The position numbers were made by a program, and so were the translations under genes. From Candidatus Omnitrophota bacterium (GTDB taxonomy: Bacteria > Omnitrophota > Gorgyraeia > 1-14-0-20-64-10), in contig JACOVG010000032.1 in NCBI GenBank assembly GCA_016177405.1, positions 1-58,626 on the forward strand: a DNA stretch of 58,626 nucleotides, given 5' to 3'. The number at the start of each line of letters is the position of its first letter. Position 1 is the stretch's first letter. Positions 1 through 11,066 of this stretch are shown here, in pieces. Under the pieces are notes generated by a model. The model worked only from the letters and a program-made list of their open reading frames with translations. It had not been told where the DNA came from and ran no database searches.

Positions 1-93
1 CACCAGCCCTCCCGTTGGCAGCTTACGAGGAGACGGACCGGGATGTGGGGTAAGGGGGGACACGGGTGACGCCGGAGGGAGGACCCGCCGCCG

Positions 94-124
<31 letters not shown>

Positions 125-216
125 CGGGAGTACCCGCAGGCGGCAGGACCCGTGGCCAGCAAGCCCCCACACAGAGGGCGGGGGAGTCGGAGTTGGGACT
201 TTGAGGAGGTGACGGG

Positions 217-1149
217 GTGAAACCCAGGCATCTTATTTCCATTCAGGATTTGTCGGCTCAAGAGATCGAAGCCCTTTTTCGGGAGACCGCCGGCTTAAAG
301 AAGGCCAGGGGCTCCTCCACGGCGCTTGCAGGGAAGACGTGGGGGCTTCTCTTTGAAAAACCATCGGTCCGGACCCGGGTCTCCTTTGAGGTGGGAATCG
401 CCCAGCTGGGCGGCCGGTCTCTCTACATCGGGCCGGTGGAGCTCCAGAACGGCAAGCGGGAATCGGCCAAGGATGTGGCCTGCGTCCTTTCCAGGTACCT
501 TGATGGGATCATCGCCCGCACCTTCCGCCATGAGGACGTGGTGGAGATGGCCCGGTGGGCTGTTGTCCCGGTCGTGAACGGCCTCTCGGACGTGGAGCAT
601 CCCTGCCAGGCGCTGGCCGACGGCTTCACCCTTTGGGAGAAATTCGGCAAGGTCCGCGGCGTCCGGATCGCCTTCGTGGGAGACGGCAACAACGTCTGCC
701 ACTCCCTGATGCTCCTGGCGGCGCTCCTCGGGGCCCATCTGAAGCTGGCCTGCCCGGCCGGCTACGGCCCGCGAAAGGATCTCCTGCGCTGGGCGAAGGA
801 GCGCGCGGCCCGAAGCGGCGGCTCGATTCTGAGCACCGGCTCCGCCGGGGAGGCGGCCTCCGATGCCCAGGTCGTTTACACCGATGTCTGGGCCAGCATG
901 GGGCAGGAGAAGGAACGTTCGAAACGGGGCAAGATCTTTGCCGGTTATCAGGTGAACGCAAAGCTCATGAAGCGGGCCGCCCCCCAGGCCCTTTTCATGC
1001 ACTGCCTGCCGGCCCATCGGGGCGAGGAGGTCACCGACGAGGTGATGGACAGCCGGCATTCCATTGTCTATGATCAAGCGGAGAATCGGCTTCATGCGCA
1101 GAAGGCCGTCCTGTTAAGATGGACGGCGCGAGGAGGCGGGAAGCGATGA
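217..1149 (+). CDS. argF: ornithine carbamoyltransferase
   Basis: FEKPSVRT (STRT-like) carbamoyl-phosphate motif, HPCQ, GDGNNV, SMG, HCLP; precedes argG-argH. Confidence 0.96.
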   Translation: MKPRHLISIQDLSAQEIEALFRETAGLKKARGSSTALAGKTWGLLFEKPSVRTRVSFEVGIAQLGGRSLYIGPVELQNGKRESAKDVACVLSRYLDGIIARTFRHEDVVEMARWAVVPVVNGLSDVEHPCQALADGFTLWEKFGKVRGVRIAFVGDGNNVCHSLMLLAALLGAHLKLACPAGYGPRKDLLRWAKERAARSGGSILSTGSAGEAASDAQVVYTDVWASMGQEKERSKRGKIFAGYQVNAKLMKRAAPQALFMHCLPAHRGEEVTDEVMDSRHSIVYDQAENRLHAQKAVLLRWTARGGGKR

Positions 1150-2318
1150 AAAAGATAGTCTTGGCTTATTCCGGCGGGCTGGACACATCGGTCGCGATCC
1201 GGTGGCTTAGCCAAAAGGGGTTTCAGGTGATCGCCTTCCTGGCCGATGTCGGCCAGGGCGAGGACTTTGGCCCCATTCGCCGGCGGGCCCTGGCCTGCGG
1301 GGCGAGCCAGGTGGTGATCAAAGACCTTCGGGAGTCTTTCGCGCGGGAGTACATTCTGCCGGCCCTGCGCGCCGGCGCCGTCTATGAAAGGAAGTACTTG
1401 CTCGCCACCGCCTTGAGCCGCCCCCTCATCGCCAAGGCCCTGGGGGAAGCGGCCGTGGCCCACGGCGCGCGAACCGTGGCCCACGGCTGCACCGGCAAGG
1501 GCAACGACCAGGTCCGCCTGGAGGTGACCCTGAAGATCCTCTTTCCGCGGCTGGCGGTTCTGGCCCCCCTGCGGGAATGGGAGCTCAAGTCCAGGGCCGA
1601 GGAGATCCGCTATGCCGCCCGGCACAAGCTGCCGATCGCGCCTCCTTCCCAATCGCGTTTCTCCATCGATCAGAATCTCTGGGGGGTTTCCATTGAAAGC
1701 GGCCCGCTGGAGGATCCTTGGGTTGAGCCGCCGCCGGAGGCCTATCAGTGGACGAAGGAGCCCTCGCGGGCTCCGGCCCGGCCTCTCTTGGTCACGGTGG
1801 ACTGGCTGCGGGGCGTCCCGGCAGGCATCAACGGCAAGCGCCTCTCCTTGACGCGCTTGATCGAGCGCCTCAACCACCTGGGTTCCGCCCACGGGATCGG
1901 ACGGAGCGACCTGATCGAGGACCGGCTGGTGGGAATCAAATCCCGGGAGGTCTACGAGGCGCCGGCGGCCCACATCCTTCATGCCGCCCACCAGGAGCTG
2001 GAACAGCTCACCCTGGACCGGGAAATGCTGATCTTCAAGGAGATTGTCGCCGGCCGCTATGCCCGGCTGGTGTACGACGGCTTGTGGTTCACGCCTCTCA
2101 AGGCCGCGCTGGACCGGTGGGTGGATGAGAGCCAGCGCCGGGTGAGCGGAAGGGTACGGCTCAAGCTGTACCGGGGGACCTTGGCGGCGGTGGGGCGCGG
2201 TTCGCCCAACGCCCTTTACCGGAAGGCCCTGGCGACGTATCAGGGGAAGGATGAGTTTGACCAGCGATGGGCCGGTGGCTTCATCGCGCTCTGGGGGCTT
2301 CCCTATGCCAAGCCCTAG
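1146..2318 (+). CDS. argG: argininosuccinate synthase
   Basis: KIVLAYSGGLDTS, HGCTGKGNDQVR, GIKSREVYEAP; ATG 1146 overlaps argF stop. Confidence 0.97.
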   Translation: MKKIVLAYSGGLDTSVAIRWLSQKGFQVIAFLADVGQGEDFGPIRRRALACGASQVVIKDLRESFAREYILPALRAGAVYERKYLLATALSRPLIAKALGEAAVAHGARTVAHGCTGKGNDQVRLEVTLKILFPRLAVLAPLREWELKSRAEEIRYAARHKLPIAPPSQSRFSIDQNLWGVSIESGPLEDPWVEPPPEAYQWTKEPSRAPARPLLVTVDWLRGVPAGINGKRLSLTRLIERLNHLGSAHGIGRSDLIEDRLVGIKSREVYEAPAAHILHAAHQELEQLTLDREMLIFKEIVAGRYARLVYDGLWFTPLKAALDRWVDESQRRVSGRVRLKLYRGTLAAVGRGSPNALYRKALATYQGKDEFDQRWAGGFIALWGLPYAKP

Positions 2319-3693
2319 CCGGAAATTGTGGGGAGGCAGGTTCAAGGGAAAGACCTCCGCCGCGGTGGAGCGGTTCACCCATTCTCTTTCCGTGGATCAG
2401 CGCCTGGCCCGGTGGGATCTGGCCGGATCCATCGCCCATGCCGAAATGCTGGGCAAGCAGGGGATCATCCCGCGGCAAGCCGGCCGCCGGATCGTGCGGG
2501 CCCTCAAGGAGATCTCGCGGGCGGTTGACCGTAAAACCGTGGTCTGGAGCGCCGGGGCGGAAGACATCCACACCGCCATTCAGGAGCTCCTGGCCAGGAA
2601 GATAGGGGCGGCCGCCGGCTACCTGCATGCCGGACGCTCCAGAAATGACCAGGTGGTGACCTCTTTCCGCCTCTGTTTGAAGGCCGAAACAACCGGTCTC
2701 ATCCAGAAAATCCACCGGCTTCAAAAGGCCGTCTTGAAGCAGGCCCGCAAGAAGCAGGGGACTCTTCTGCCTGGCATGACCCATCTGCGGCACGCCCAGC
2801 CGGTCCTTCTATCGCACCTTCTTTTGAGCTATCTCGCCCCTCTTCAAAGGGACCGGGGGCGCCTGGCCGACGCCCTCTCCCGGATGAACGAGTCCCCTCT
2901 GGGGTCGGCGGCCCTGGCGGGAACGGGTCTGGCCATCGACCGGGCCTTCACCGCCAAGCGCCTGGGCTTTTCCGGCCCCATGGCCAATTCCATCGACGGG
3001 GTCACCGACCGGGACTTCGTGGTGGAGCTCCTGTCGGCCTTGGCCCTGACCGGCCTGCATCTGGCCAGGATCGCGGAGGACCTGATTCTCTTCTCCACCG
3101 AGGCCTTCGGGTATCTCCGCTTCGACGAGAAGCTCCTGACCGGAAGTTCCATGATGCCCCAGAAACAAAATCCTGATTTTCTGGAGCTGATCCGCGCCGG
3201 TTCCGCCCGGATCAGCGGGCAGCTCGCCGCGGGGCTGGCTCTCTTCAAGGGATTGCCCTCCGGCTACCAGCGGGACCTCCAATGGGATAAGGCGATCGTC
3301 TTTGAGGCCCTGGACCAGGCCCAGGGGATGGTGGAGCTGTTGACCGACGGCTTTGGGGGCTTACGCTGGAACGAAGCCCGGACGCGCCGGGCGCTGGAGG
3401 ATCCCTCCCTTTACGCGACCGACCTCGCGGAGTACCTGGCGATGAAAAAGATCCCTTGGGCCTTGGCCCACCAGGCCGTGGGCCGGCTCTTGGCCCACGC
3501 AGAGGAACGGGGAATCCCGGCGGCCCGGATGCCCCTTCAGGAGATCCGAAGGTTCTCTCCGGCCTTTGGTCCGGATCTCTATCGCCTCTTTGACCCCCGG
3601 GTGTCGGTTGGGCGCAAACGTTCCTTTGGAAGCACCTCTCCCCAGGAGGTGGCCCGGGCGATTCGCCGGTGGCAGCGCCTGCTGGCGGTTTAG
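2305..3693 (+). CDS. argH: argininosuccinate lyase
   Basis: LWGGRF, GRSRNDQV, GSSMMPQKQNP signature; start set at ATG 2305. Confidence 0.96.
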   Translation: MPSPSRKLWGGRFKGKTSAAVERFTHSLSVDQRLARWDLAGSIAHAEMLGKQGIIPRQAGRRIVRALKEISRAVDRKTVVWSAGAEDIHTAIQELLARKIGAAAGYLHAGRSRNDQVVTSFRLCLKAETTGLIQKIHRLQKAVLKQARKKQGTLLPGMTHLRHAQPVLLSHLLLSYLAPLQRDRGRLADALSRMNESPLGSAALAGTGLAIDRAFTAKRLGFSGPMANSIDGVTDRDFVVELLSALALTGLHLARIAEDLILFSTEAFGYLRFDEKLLTGSSMMPQKQNPDFLELIRAGSARISGQLAAGLALFKGLPSGYQRDLQWDKAIVFEALDQAQGMVELLTDGFGGLRWNEARTRRALEDPSLYATDLAEYLAMKKIPWALAHQAVGRLLAHAEERGIPAARMPLQEIRRFSPAFGPDLYRLFDPRVSVGRKRSFGSTSPQEVARAIRRWQRLLAV

Positions 3694-4953
3694 ATGCACC
3701 GCTTTGCTCTCAAAAAGGGACGCCTCTGGTGCGAGGGGGTGGCGGTTGATCGCGTGGCCGACGCGCTGGGAACGCCCCTTTATCTTTACAGCTTTCAAAC
3801 CCTCCTCGACCATTACCGGAAGCTTGAGAAGGCCTTCTCCTCCGCCGGCGCCCTGATCTGCTTCGCCGTCAAGGCCAATGGAAACCTCGCCATTCTCAAG
3901 GCGCTGGCCCAGGCCGGCTCCGGCTTTGATGTGGTTTCGGGCGGGGAGTTGAGGAAAGCGCTCTTGGCCGGAGCGGCGCCCCAGAAGATCGTCTACGCCT
4001 CGGTGGGCAAAACCGACCGGGAGATCGAGCTGGCCCTCCGGTCGCGCGTTCTGTTCTTCAACGTGGAGTCGGCCATGGAATTGGAGGTTCTTGAGGCGGC
4101 CTGCCGGCGGCTCAAGAGGCGCCAGAGGGTCTGTTTGAGGCTCAACCCGGGCGTCCAGGCCGACACCCACGCCTACATCAGCACGGGCCAGCCCGCGAGC
4201 AAATTCGGCATGGGGCTGTCCACCGTGGAATCCCTCTTCAAGCGCCACCGCGAATTCCCGCACCTGGACCTCGCGGGCATCCACCTGCACATCGGCTCGC
4301 AGATCCTGGAGGCGGCCCCCTTCGCCGCCGCCATTGCCAAAGCGATCGGGTTGGCGAAGAAGGCCAGGCGCTGGGGCGTGGCGATCCGATATCTGAACAT
4401 CGGAGGGGGACTGGGCATCGTTTACCACCGGGAAACGCCGCAGACCGCCCAGGCCTTTGCCTCCCGGATTCTGCCCCTCATAAAAAACAGCTCCCTCAAG
4501 CTCATCCTGGAGCCGGGCCGGTTCATCGCCGGAAACAGCGGCGTCCTGCTGACGCGCGTTGTCACCCTCAAGGAGAACGGAAGGAAGCGGTTCGCGGTGG
4601 TGGACGCGGGGATGAACGACCTGATCCGCCCCAGCCTCTATGGCGCTTACCACGAGATGGTCCTCTCCGGCGGCGCGGCACGCCGGCCAAGGCTTCGGTA
4701 CGACGTCGTGGGACCGGTCTGCGAAAGCGGAGACTTCTTCGCCAAGGACCGCCTCCTCCCGCGCCTCACGCGGGGCGATCTGCTGGCCATCCTGGGGGCG
4801 GGGGCCTACGGTTTCGCCATGTCCAGCAATTACAACGCCAGGCCCCGCGCGGCCGAGGTGATGGTCCGCGGCCGCCGGTGGTTTGTCATCCGCCGCCGCG
4901 AGACCTTCCAGGACTTGGTCCGCGGCGAGCGCCTGCCGCCCTTCCTCCAATGA
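3694..4953 (+). CDS. lysA: diaminopimelate decarboxylase
   Basis: FAVKAN PLP lysine, HIGSQI, EPGR, GPVCESGD, GAYG..MSSNYN. Confidence 0.96.
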   Translation: MHRFALKKGRLWCEGVAVDRVADALGTPLYLYSFQTLLDHYRKLEKAFSSAGALICFAVKANGNLAILKALAQAGSGFDVVSGGELRKALLAGAAPQKIVYASVGKTDREIELALRSRVLFFNVESAMELEVLEAACRRLKRRQRVCLRLNPGVQADTHAYISTGQPASKFGMGLSTVESLFKRHREFPHLDLAGIHLHIGSQILEAAPFAAAIAKAIGLAKKARRWGVAIRYLNIGGGLGIVYHRETPQTAQAFASRILPLIKNSSLKLILEPGRFIAGNSGVLLTRVVTLKENGRKRFAVVDAGMNDLIRPSLYGAYHEMVLSGGAARRPRLRYDVVGPVCESGDFFAKDRLLPRLTRGDLLAILGAGAYGFAMSSNYNARPRAAEVMVRGRRWFVIRRRETFQDLVRGERLPPFLQ

Positions 4954-5753
4954 CCCCCCTGCGTTTCACGAAGATGGCGGGGGCGGGCAACGACTTTGTC
5001 CTTGTGGAGGCCGAGCGTCTTCGCCCAGGGGAAAATCTACCGCGGCTGGCCCGCCGCTTGTGCGACCGCAAGCGGGGGATCGGGGCGGACGGCCTTTTGC
5101 TGGTGGGCTCCTCCCGAAACGGGTCGGCCCGGATGCGGATCTTCAATCCCGACGGCAGCGAGCCCGACATGTGCGGCAACGGCGCCCGGTGCGCCGCCTG
5201 GTACCTCCACCCGCGGGGAAAGAAAACCCTTTCCCTCGCGACCGGGGCCGGCCCCTTGACGGCTCACGTGACCGGCGGGGGGGTCCGCCTTTTCCTCTCC
5301 AGGCCCCGCTCGCTTAACCTCAACCTTTCTCTGGCGGTTGGCGGCCGCCGCTGGATTTTCCACTCGGTGAACACCGGGGTGCCCCATGCCGTGAGCGTGG
5401 TCAAAAGAATTCAAGACATCGACGTGGAGCGCGTCGGAAGATCGGTCCGCTTTCATTCTCATTTCAAGCCGCGGGGGACCAACGTTGATTTCATTCAGAT
5501 CGTCTCCCCCAGGCGCCTCATCATCCGGACCTACGAGCGGGGGGTGGAAGGGGAGACCCTGGCTTGCGGGACCGGCGCGGCGGCCTCGGTGGTCATCGGC
5601 GAACGGCTTGGACTTTTGAAGCCGCCGGTCAGCCTCACGACGGCGTCGGGAGAGCTCTTGAGGGTGGGTTACGTTGAATCGGGCACATCTGGGAAACAGT
5701 GGTACCTTGAAGGAACGGCACAGAAGATCTTCGAAGGAGAGATCAACCGGTGA
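4950..5753 (+). CDS. dapF: diaminopimelate epimerase
   Basis: KMAGAGNDF, NPDGSEPDMCGNG, GVPHAV, ERGVEGETLACGTG. Confidence 0.96.
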   Translation: MTPLRFTKMAGAGNDFVLVEAERLRPGENLPRLARRLCDRKRGIGADGLLLVGSSRNGSARMRIFNPDGSEPDMCGNGARCAAWYLHPRGKKTLSLATGAGPLTAHVTGGGVRLFLSRPRSLNLNLSLAVGGRRWIFHSVNTGVPHAVSVVKRIQDIDVERVGRSVRFHSHFKPRGTNVDFIQIVSPRRLIIRTYERGVEGETLACGTGAAASVVIGERLGLLKPPVSLTTASGELLRVGYVESGTSGKQWYLEGTAQKIFEGEINR

Positions 5754-6649
5754 AGCATTCCAAGAAGCTTAAATTTTCTGGTTCCATGGTCGCGCTGGTG
5801 ACCCCCTTCAGGAAAGGGCGGGTGGACGGGGAAACCTTGAGATCGCTGGTCGCCTTTCACATCCGGGAGGGAACCTCCGCTTTGGTTCCCTGCGGCACGA
5901 CCGGCGAGTCGGCCACCCTTTCCCACGCGGAGCACGAGGAGGTGATCGAAACCACCCTCGAGGCCGCCCGGGGAAAGATCCCGGTGATCGCCGGCACCGG
6001 ATCCAACAACACCCAGGAGGCCCTGCGGCTGACCCGGCATGCCGAGCGCGCCGGAGCGGACGCGGCGCTCCTCATCTCGCCCTATTACAACCGGCCCACG
6101 CAGGAGGGGCTCTACCAGCATTTCCGGACGATCGCCGAGTCGGTTTCCATTCCGCTTATCCTCTACAACATCGCCTCCCGCACGGGGGTCAACATCGAGC
6201 CGGAAACCTTTGCCAGGCTCTCGAAGCTTCCCCACATTGCCGGGGTCAAGGAGGCGAGCGGCTCGCTGGAGCAGATGTCCAGGATCAAAGCCCTCTGCGG
6301 AAAGGACTTCGCCCTCATCTCCGGCGACGACGTCCTGACCCTTCCGGTCCTGGCGATCGGCGGGACAGGGGTGATCTCGGTGGTGGCCAACCTGGTTCCG
6401 GGGAAGGTGGCCGGCCTGGTGCGCTCTTTTGAGGAGGGCGAGGTCGATCGGGCCCGCGCGCTTCATTACGAGCTTCTGGCCCTCACCAAGGCCCTGTTCC
6501 TGGAAACCAACCCCATTCCGGTCAAGACCGCCATGGGATTGGCGGGGCTCTTGCCGGAGGCCTCCCTGCGGCTGCCGCTTTGCCCCATGAGCGACGGAAA
6601 TCTCGCCAAGCTCAAAGAGGCCTTGCGCCCCTTCCGGCTTACCCGATGA
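5750..6649 (+). CDS. dapA: 4-hydroxy-tetrahydrodipicolinate synthase
   Basis: GTTGES, LYNIASRTG, GVKEASG, TNPIPVK. Confidence 0.96.
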   Translation: MKHSKKLKFSGSMVALVTPFRKGRVDGETLRSLVAFHIREGTSALVPCGTTGESATLSHAEHEEVIETTLEAARGKIPVIAGTGSNNTQEALRLTRHAERAGADAALLISPYYNRPTQEGLYQHFRTIAESVSIPLILYNIASRTGVNIEPETFARLSKLPHIAGVKEASGSLEQMSRIKALCGKDFALISGDDVLTLPVLAIGGTGVISVVANLVPGKVAGLVRSFEEGEVDRARALHYELLALTKALFLETNPIPVKTAMGLAGLLPEASLRLPLCPMSDGNLAKLKEALRPFRLTR

Positions 6650-7401
6650 TCCGCGCGGCGGTCAGCGGCTGCTGCGGGAGAATGGGTTCCCTCATCGTGG
6701 AGGAAATCCTGAAGGATCCCCTTCGCTTCCAGCTCGCCGGGGCCTTCGAGCAGGCGGGCCACGAAAAGCTCGGCGCTGGCATTCCAGGGGCGCCGGGGGT
6801 CCGCGTCCAGAGCGACTTGGCCTCTCACCTGGCAGGCGTACAGTCCCTGATTGAATTCACCACCGCCGGCGCCACCGTGGAGCACGCGAGGTACGCCTCG
6901 GCCGCCGGCGTGCCGATGGTGATCGGGACCACGGGGTTTGACCCCTCCCAGATGGAGGAGCTGCGCTCCCTGGCCGCGAGAATCCCCATCTTCTGGTCCG
7001 CCAACATGTCCCTGGGGGTGGTGATCCTGCGTCAGGCCCTCCGGTCGCTGGCCGACGGCTACCGGAAGTTCGGTCTGTTGGATAAAGCGGCCATCGCCCT
7101 TTCCGAAACCCACCACGTCAGGAAGAAGGACAAACCCAGCGGAACCGCCAAGCTCCTGGCCCAGGAAATCTTCCGGGCCGCCGGGCGAAAGATCCAGGAC
7201 CAGGAGATTGAGGCCCGAAGGATCGGGGAGGTCGTTGGCATTCACAGCGTCTCCTTCGTCACCCCCGCGGAGAAGATCTCCATTCAGCATGAAGCGTTGG
7301 ACCGCCGGCTTTTCGCCCAGGGGGCCCTCTGGGCCGCCCAGGCGTTTCAAGCCTTCTGGAAGAAACCGGGTTGGTACGAGATGGACGACCTCCTCCGGTG
7401 A
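6646..7401 (+). CDS. dapB: 4-hydroxy-tetrahydrodipicolinate reductase
   Basis: GCCGRMG, IGTTG, ANMSLGV, ETHHVRKKDKPSGTA. Confidence 0.95.
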   Translation: MIRAAVSGCCGRMGSLIVEEILKDPLRFQLAGAFEQAGHEKLGAGIPGAPGVRVQSDLASHLAGVQSLIEFTTAGATVEHARYASAAGVPMVIGTTGFDPSQMEELRSLAARIPIFWSANMSLGVVILRQALRSLADGYRKFGLLDKAAIALSETHHVRKKDKPSGTAKLLAQEIFRAAGRKIQDQEIEARRIGEVVGIHSVSFVTPAEKISIQHEALDRRLFAQGALWAAQAFQAFWKKPGWYEMDDLLR

Positions 7402-8579
7402 TTCCCCCCGTCGCGCGGAGGCTGAAGCGCCTTCCGCCGTACCTGTTCGTCGCCATCGACGCCTTGAAAGAGGAGCTCCTGCGGCAGGGCAGGGACGTGA
7501 TTGACATGGGCGTGGGAGACCCGGACCTTCCCACCCCAGGCTTCATCCGGAGGGCCCTGGTCCAGGCGCTCCGGAATCCGGCCCACCACCGGTACCCCTC
7601 CAACCGCGGGCTGTTGAGTCTGCGTCAGGCGATCGCCCGGTGGTACCAAAAACGCTTCCAGGTTGCCCTGGACCCGGAAACCGAGATCCTCCCCTTGATC
7701 GGCTCCAAGGAGGGAATCGCCCATCTGCCCCTGGGCTTCGTCAACCCGGGCGACGCGGTGCTGGTTCCGGACCCCGGCTACCCCCCTTACCGGACCGGGA
7801 CCATCCTGGCCGGGGGCAGGCCCGTCGCCGTCCCTTTGCTCGCCCAGAACGACTTCCTTCCGGACCTTGAAGCGCTTCAAAAACGAGGGGTCCGGGCGAA
7901 GCTCTTCTTTCTGAACTACCCCAACAACCCCACGGCCGCCTGCGCCGATGGGTCCTTTTTCCGGCGGCTTACAACCTTCGCCCACAAAACCGGCATTCCC
8001 GTCTGCCACGACGCGGCCTATTCCGAGATCTCCTTTTCAGGGCCCCAGCCCAGTTTTCTGCAGTCGCCCGGAGCCAAGGAGGCGGGGATAGAGTTCCACT
8101 CCCTTTCCAAGACCTTCCAGATGACCGGATTCAGAATCGGCTGGGTTGCCGGAAACCGGCAGATGGTCTCGGCCCTGGCCCGGGTAAAATCCAACATCGA
8201 CTCCGGCATTTTCGAGGCCATCCAGGCCGCCGGCATCCGGGCCCTGCAAGGGTCAAGCTCCCAGCGCGGCCGAATGGCCGCGGTCTACCGCCGGCGCAGA
8301 GACCTTTGGGTGGGCGCCCTCCAATCGGCGGGATGGCCGGCGCGGCCTCCCGAGGCCACCTTCTACCTTTGGGTGAGAACCCCTCCGGGGAAGAAGTCCC
8401 AGGAGGTGTCCTCTCTCCTATTAAGGAAGGCCGGCATCGTGGCCACCCCCGGGGTGGGTTTCGGCCGGTACGGGGAAGGGTACATCCGCTTCTCGTTGAC
8501 TCTTCCCCTCACGCGCCTTCAAGAGGCGGCCCGGCGGATGGGCAGACTTTCTCTATGGCCCAAGCCCTCGTCGGGTTAG
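7398..8579 (+). CDS. dapL: LL-diaminopimelate aminotransferase (class I/II PLP aminotransferase)
   Basis: GSKEGI, NYPNNPT, HDAAY, SLSKTFQMTGFRIG; sits in a dap operon with no dapD/dapE. Confidence 0.85.
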   Translation: MIPPVARRLKRLPPYLFVAIDALKEELLRQGRDVIDMGVGDPDLPTPGFIRRALVQALRNPAHHRYPSNRGLLSLRQAIARWYQKRFQVALDPETEILPLIGSKEGIAHLPLGFVNPGDAVLVPDPGYPPYRTGTILAGGRPVAVPLLAQNDFLPDLEALQKRGVRAKLFFLNYPNNPTAACADGSFFRRLTTFAHKTGIPVCHDAAYSEISFSGPQPSFLQSPGAKEAGIEFHSLSKTFQMTGFRIGWVAGNRQMVSALARVKSNIDSGIFEAIQAAGIRALQGSSSQRGRMAAVYRRRRDLWVGALQSAGWPARPPEATFYLWVRTPPGKKSQEVSSLLLRKAGIVATPGVGFGRYGEGYIRFSLTLPLTRLQEAARRMGRLSLWPKPSSG

Positions 8580-9025
8580 GCTCCAATCTGGGCGACCGGA
8601 TCGCCCATCTGACCCTGGCCGTGGAAGAGATGAAGAAGCTTCCGGACACCCGGGTGGCGGGCGTCTCCTCCTGGCACGAAACCGAGCCGCTGGGCGGCCC
8701 GGCCCAGGGGCCCTTCCTGAATGGAGCGGCCAGGCTCTTCACGTCGCTTGGCCCGTCGGAGCTCCTCAACCACCTGCAGGCCATCGAGGTGAAGCTCGGC
8801 CGCCCCAAGGATCATGCCCGATGGGCAGAGCGCACCATGGACCTGGACCTCCTGGCCTACGACGACCAGCTGCTGCGCGCCCCGGGGCTCACCCTTCCGC
8901 ACCCAGGGCTTCACGAACGGCCCTTTGTCCTGAGGCCCCTGGCGGAAATCGCGCCGGAGTGGATCCATCCGGTGCTTCACCGATCGGCCCGCGAACTGCT
9001 GGACGCCCTGTCGTGCCGATCGTAA
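8555..9025 (+). CDS. folK: 2-amino-4-hydroxy-6-hydroxymethyldihydropteridine diphosphokinase
   Basis: GLGSNLGDR, RTMDLDLL, LPHP..ERPFVL. Confidence 0.94.
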   Translation: MAQALVGLGSNLGDRIAHLTLAVEEMKKLPDTRVAGVSSWHETEPLGGPAQGPFLNGAARLFTSLGPSELLNHLQAIEVKLGRPKDHARWAERTMDLDLLAYDDQLLRAPGLTLPHPGLHERPFVLRPLAEIAPEWIHPVLHRSARELLDALSCRS

Positions 9026-9867
9026 GGGGCCTGCCGAGACTCAAGGCCATCATCGGGGATCTCAAGAAAAAGGGTCGAACCATCGGTTTCGTTCCCACGA
9101 TGGGAGCCCTGCACGAGGGTCATCTCTCCCTCATCCGGCAAGCGGCCAAGGAAAACGATTTCGTGGTGGTCAGCGTCTTTGTCAATCCGATCCAGTTTGA
9201 CCGGGAGTCCGATTTCAGTTCGTACCCCCGCGGCCTCCGATCGGACGCCCGAAGGGCCGCCGAAGCCGGCTGCGACCTGATCTTCGCCCCCTCCGCCGGC
9301 GCCCTTTATCCGCCCGGATTTCAGACCTTCGTCGACGTCACGCGCTTGAGCCTCCCGTGGGAGGGGCGCGCGCGGCCCGGGCACTTCCGGGGGGTGGCCA
9401 CCGTGGTCGCCAAGCTCTTCAACCTTGTTTCGCCCACCCGGGCTTACTTCGGCCGGAAGGATGCCCAGCAGGCGCGCCTGGTTCAACAGCTCATCGAAGA
9501 CCTTCACTTCCCGGTGATCCTGCGCGTGAGGCCGACCGTCCGGGAGTCCGGGGGCCTGGCGATGAGCTCCCGCAACAGCCTCCTTTCTCCGTCGGAGCGG
9601 CGGCGCGCCAGCGGGATCTTCGACGCTTTACAGGAGGGCGGACGCCTGATAAAATGTGGCCAGCGTCGAGGAGAGGCGATTTCTCGACGGATGAGGGTGG
9701 TGCTTCGACGAATCCCGGACGTGAAGATCGATTACGTCGCCGTGGTGAATCCCAAGACCCTGGAGCCCCTGAAGACCGTCCGGCTGCCGGCGGCGATCTT
9801 GGCGGCGGTTTGGATGGGGGGAGTGCGGCTGATCGACGGCTGCGTGGTGTCGACCAAGAAAGGTTAG
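9013..9867 (+). CDS. panC: pantoate--beta-alanine ligase
   Basis: [39 protein letters not shown]; start at GTG 9013 inferred. Confidence 0.94.
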   Translation: MPIVRGLPRLKAIIGDLKKKGRTIGFVPTMGALHEGHLSLIRQAAKENDFVVVSVFVNPIQFDRESDFSSYPRGLRSDARRAAEAGCDLIFAPSAGALYPPGFQTFVDVTRLSLPWEGRARPGHFRGVATVVAKLFNLVSPTRAYFGRKDAQQARLVQQLIEDLHFPVILRVRPTVRESGGLAMSSRNSLLSPSERRRASGIFDALQEGGRLIKCGQRRGEAISRRMRVVLRRIPDVKIDYVAVVNPKTLEPLKTVRLPAAILAAVWMGGVRLIDGCVVSTKKG

Positions 9868-9869
9868 GC

Positions 9870-10253
9870 ATGCTGCGCAATGTGATGAAATCCAAGATCC
9901 ACCGGGTGACCGTGACCGAGGCGAACCTCCAGTACGAGGGGTCCATCACGGTGGATGAGGACCTGCTGAAGGCGGCGGACATCCTCCCCGGCGAGAAGCT
10001 TCAGGTGATCAATCTGGCCAACGGCAGCCGCATCGAAACTTACGGCTTGCCGGGTCCGGCCGGTTCAGGCACCATCTGCTTAAACGGCGGGGCGGCCCGC
10101 TGGGGCCTTCCCGGCGACACCCTGATCCTGATCGCCTACGCCTGGATCGACTCCAGGGAAGCCGCCTCCTTTCGGCCCAAGGTCGTTCTGGTCGACGCGC
10201 AAAACAGGATCCGGGAAACCATTCGGGAAACCGTCGGCACGCATGACGGTTAA
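9870..10253 (+). CDS. panD: aspartate 1-decarboxylase proenzyme
   Basis: [14 protein letters not shown] (G/S pyruvoyl cleavage), [11 protein letters not shown]. Confidence 0.95.
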   Translation: MLRNVMKSKIHRVTVTEANLQYEGSITVDEDLLKAADILPGEKLQVINLANGSRIETYGLPGPAGSGTICLNGGAARWGLPGDTLILIAYAWIDSREAASFRPKVVLVDAQNRIRETIRETVGTHDG

Positions 10254-11028
10254 GAAAATCGGCTTGGTGGGCTGCGGGGCCATCGGAACGTATCTGGCGA
10301 TTGAGATCGAGCGTCATCTTAAGAAGACGGCGCGTTTGTCCGGAATTCACGACCGGGACCCGGCGGCGGCCCAAAGGCTTCGCCGGCGCCTCAAGAAACC
10401 GGTTGCCATCCTTTCCCTTCCCAAGCTCGTCCGGGCCAGCGACCTGGTGGTCGAGGCCGCGTCGCCCCAAGCCGTTCGGGAACTCCTCCCCTGGGCCCTC
10501 CGCCTGCGCAAAGAGGTGATGGTCCTTTCCACCGGAGGCCTCCTGGGCTGTCCCGGGCTGTTGAGGAGCGCCCGCCGGCGGCGCCTGCCCATCCATTTGC
10601 CCAGCGGAGCGGTCTCCGGAATCGACGCCCTGAAGGCCCATGCCGTCGGTAAAATCCAAAGGGTGGTTCTCACCACCCGGAAGCCCCTGCGGGCCTTGCC
10701 CCCTTCGGCAGGCACCGGCCCCCGCGCCCGCCTGCTCTTCCAGGGCTCGGCCCAGGAAGCGGTCGCCCGCCTGCCTTACAATCTCAACGTGGCGGCCACC
10801 CTTTCCTTGGCCGGTTTGGGGGCCGCCCGGACCCGGGTCCGCGTCATCGCCGACCCCCAGGCCCGTTTCAATGTCCATGAGGTGGAGGTGATCGGGCAAG
10901 CAGGCCGGCTGGTCAGCCGGACCGAAAATCGCCCGATGAAGGGAAACCCTAAAACAAGTCTTCTGGCCGCTTTTTCAGCGGTGGCCACCCTGCGGGAGAT
11001 CTTGGAGCCCGGACGGGTGGGAACGTAG
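10243..11028 (+). CDS. nadX: L-aspartate dehydrogenase (DUF108 family)
   Basis: GCGAIG Rossmann motif, [28 protein letters not shown]. Confidence 0.88.
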   Translation: MTVKKIGLVGCGAIGTYLAIEIERHLKKTARLSGIHDRDPAAAQRLRRRLKKPVAILSLPKLVRASDLVVEAASPQAVRELLPWALRLRKEVMVLSTGGLLGCPGLLRSARRRRLPIHLPSGAVSGIDALKAHAVGKIQRVVLTTRKPLRALPPSAGTGPRARLLFQGSAQEAVARLPYNLNVAATLSLAGLGAARTRVRVIADPQARFNVHEVEVIGQAGRLVSRTENRPMKGNPKTSLLAAFSAVATLREILEPGRVGT

Positions 11029-11066
11029 AGCTTCAAAAATCGAAAAAGGAAAGGGGGTGAAAATCA

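Noticed and set aside
217-11028. Arg-Lys-folate-pantothenate-NAD superoperon as a novel system
   Set aside because: All genes are standard housekeeping enzymes; the clustering alone is unremarkable
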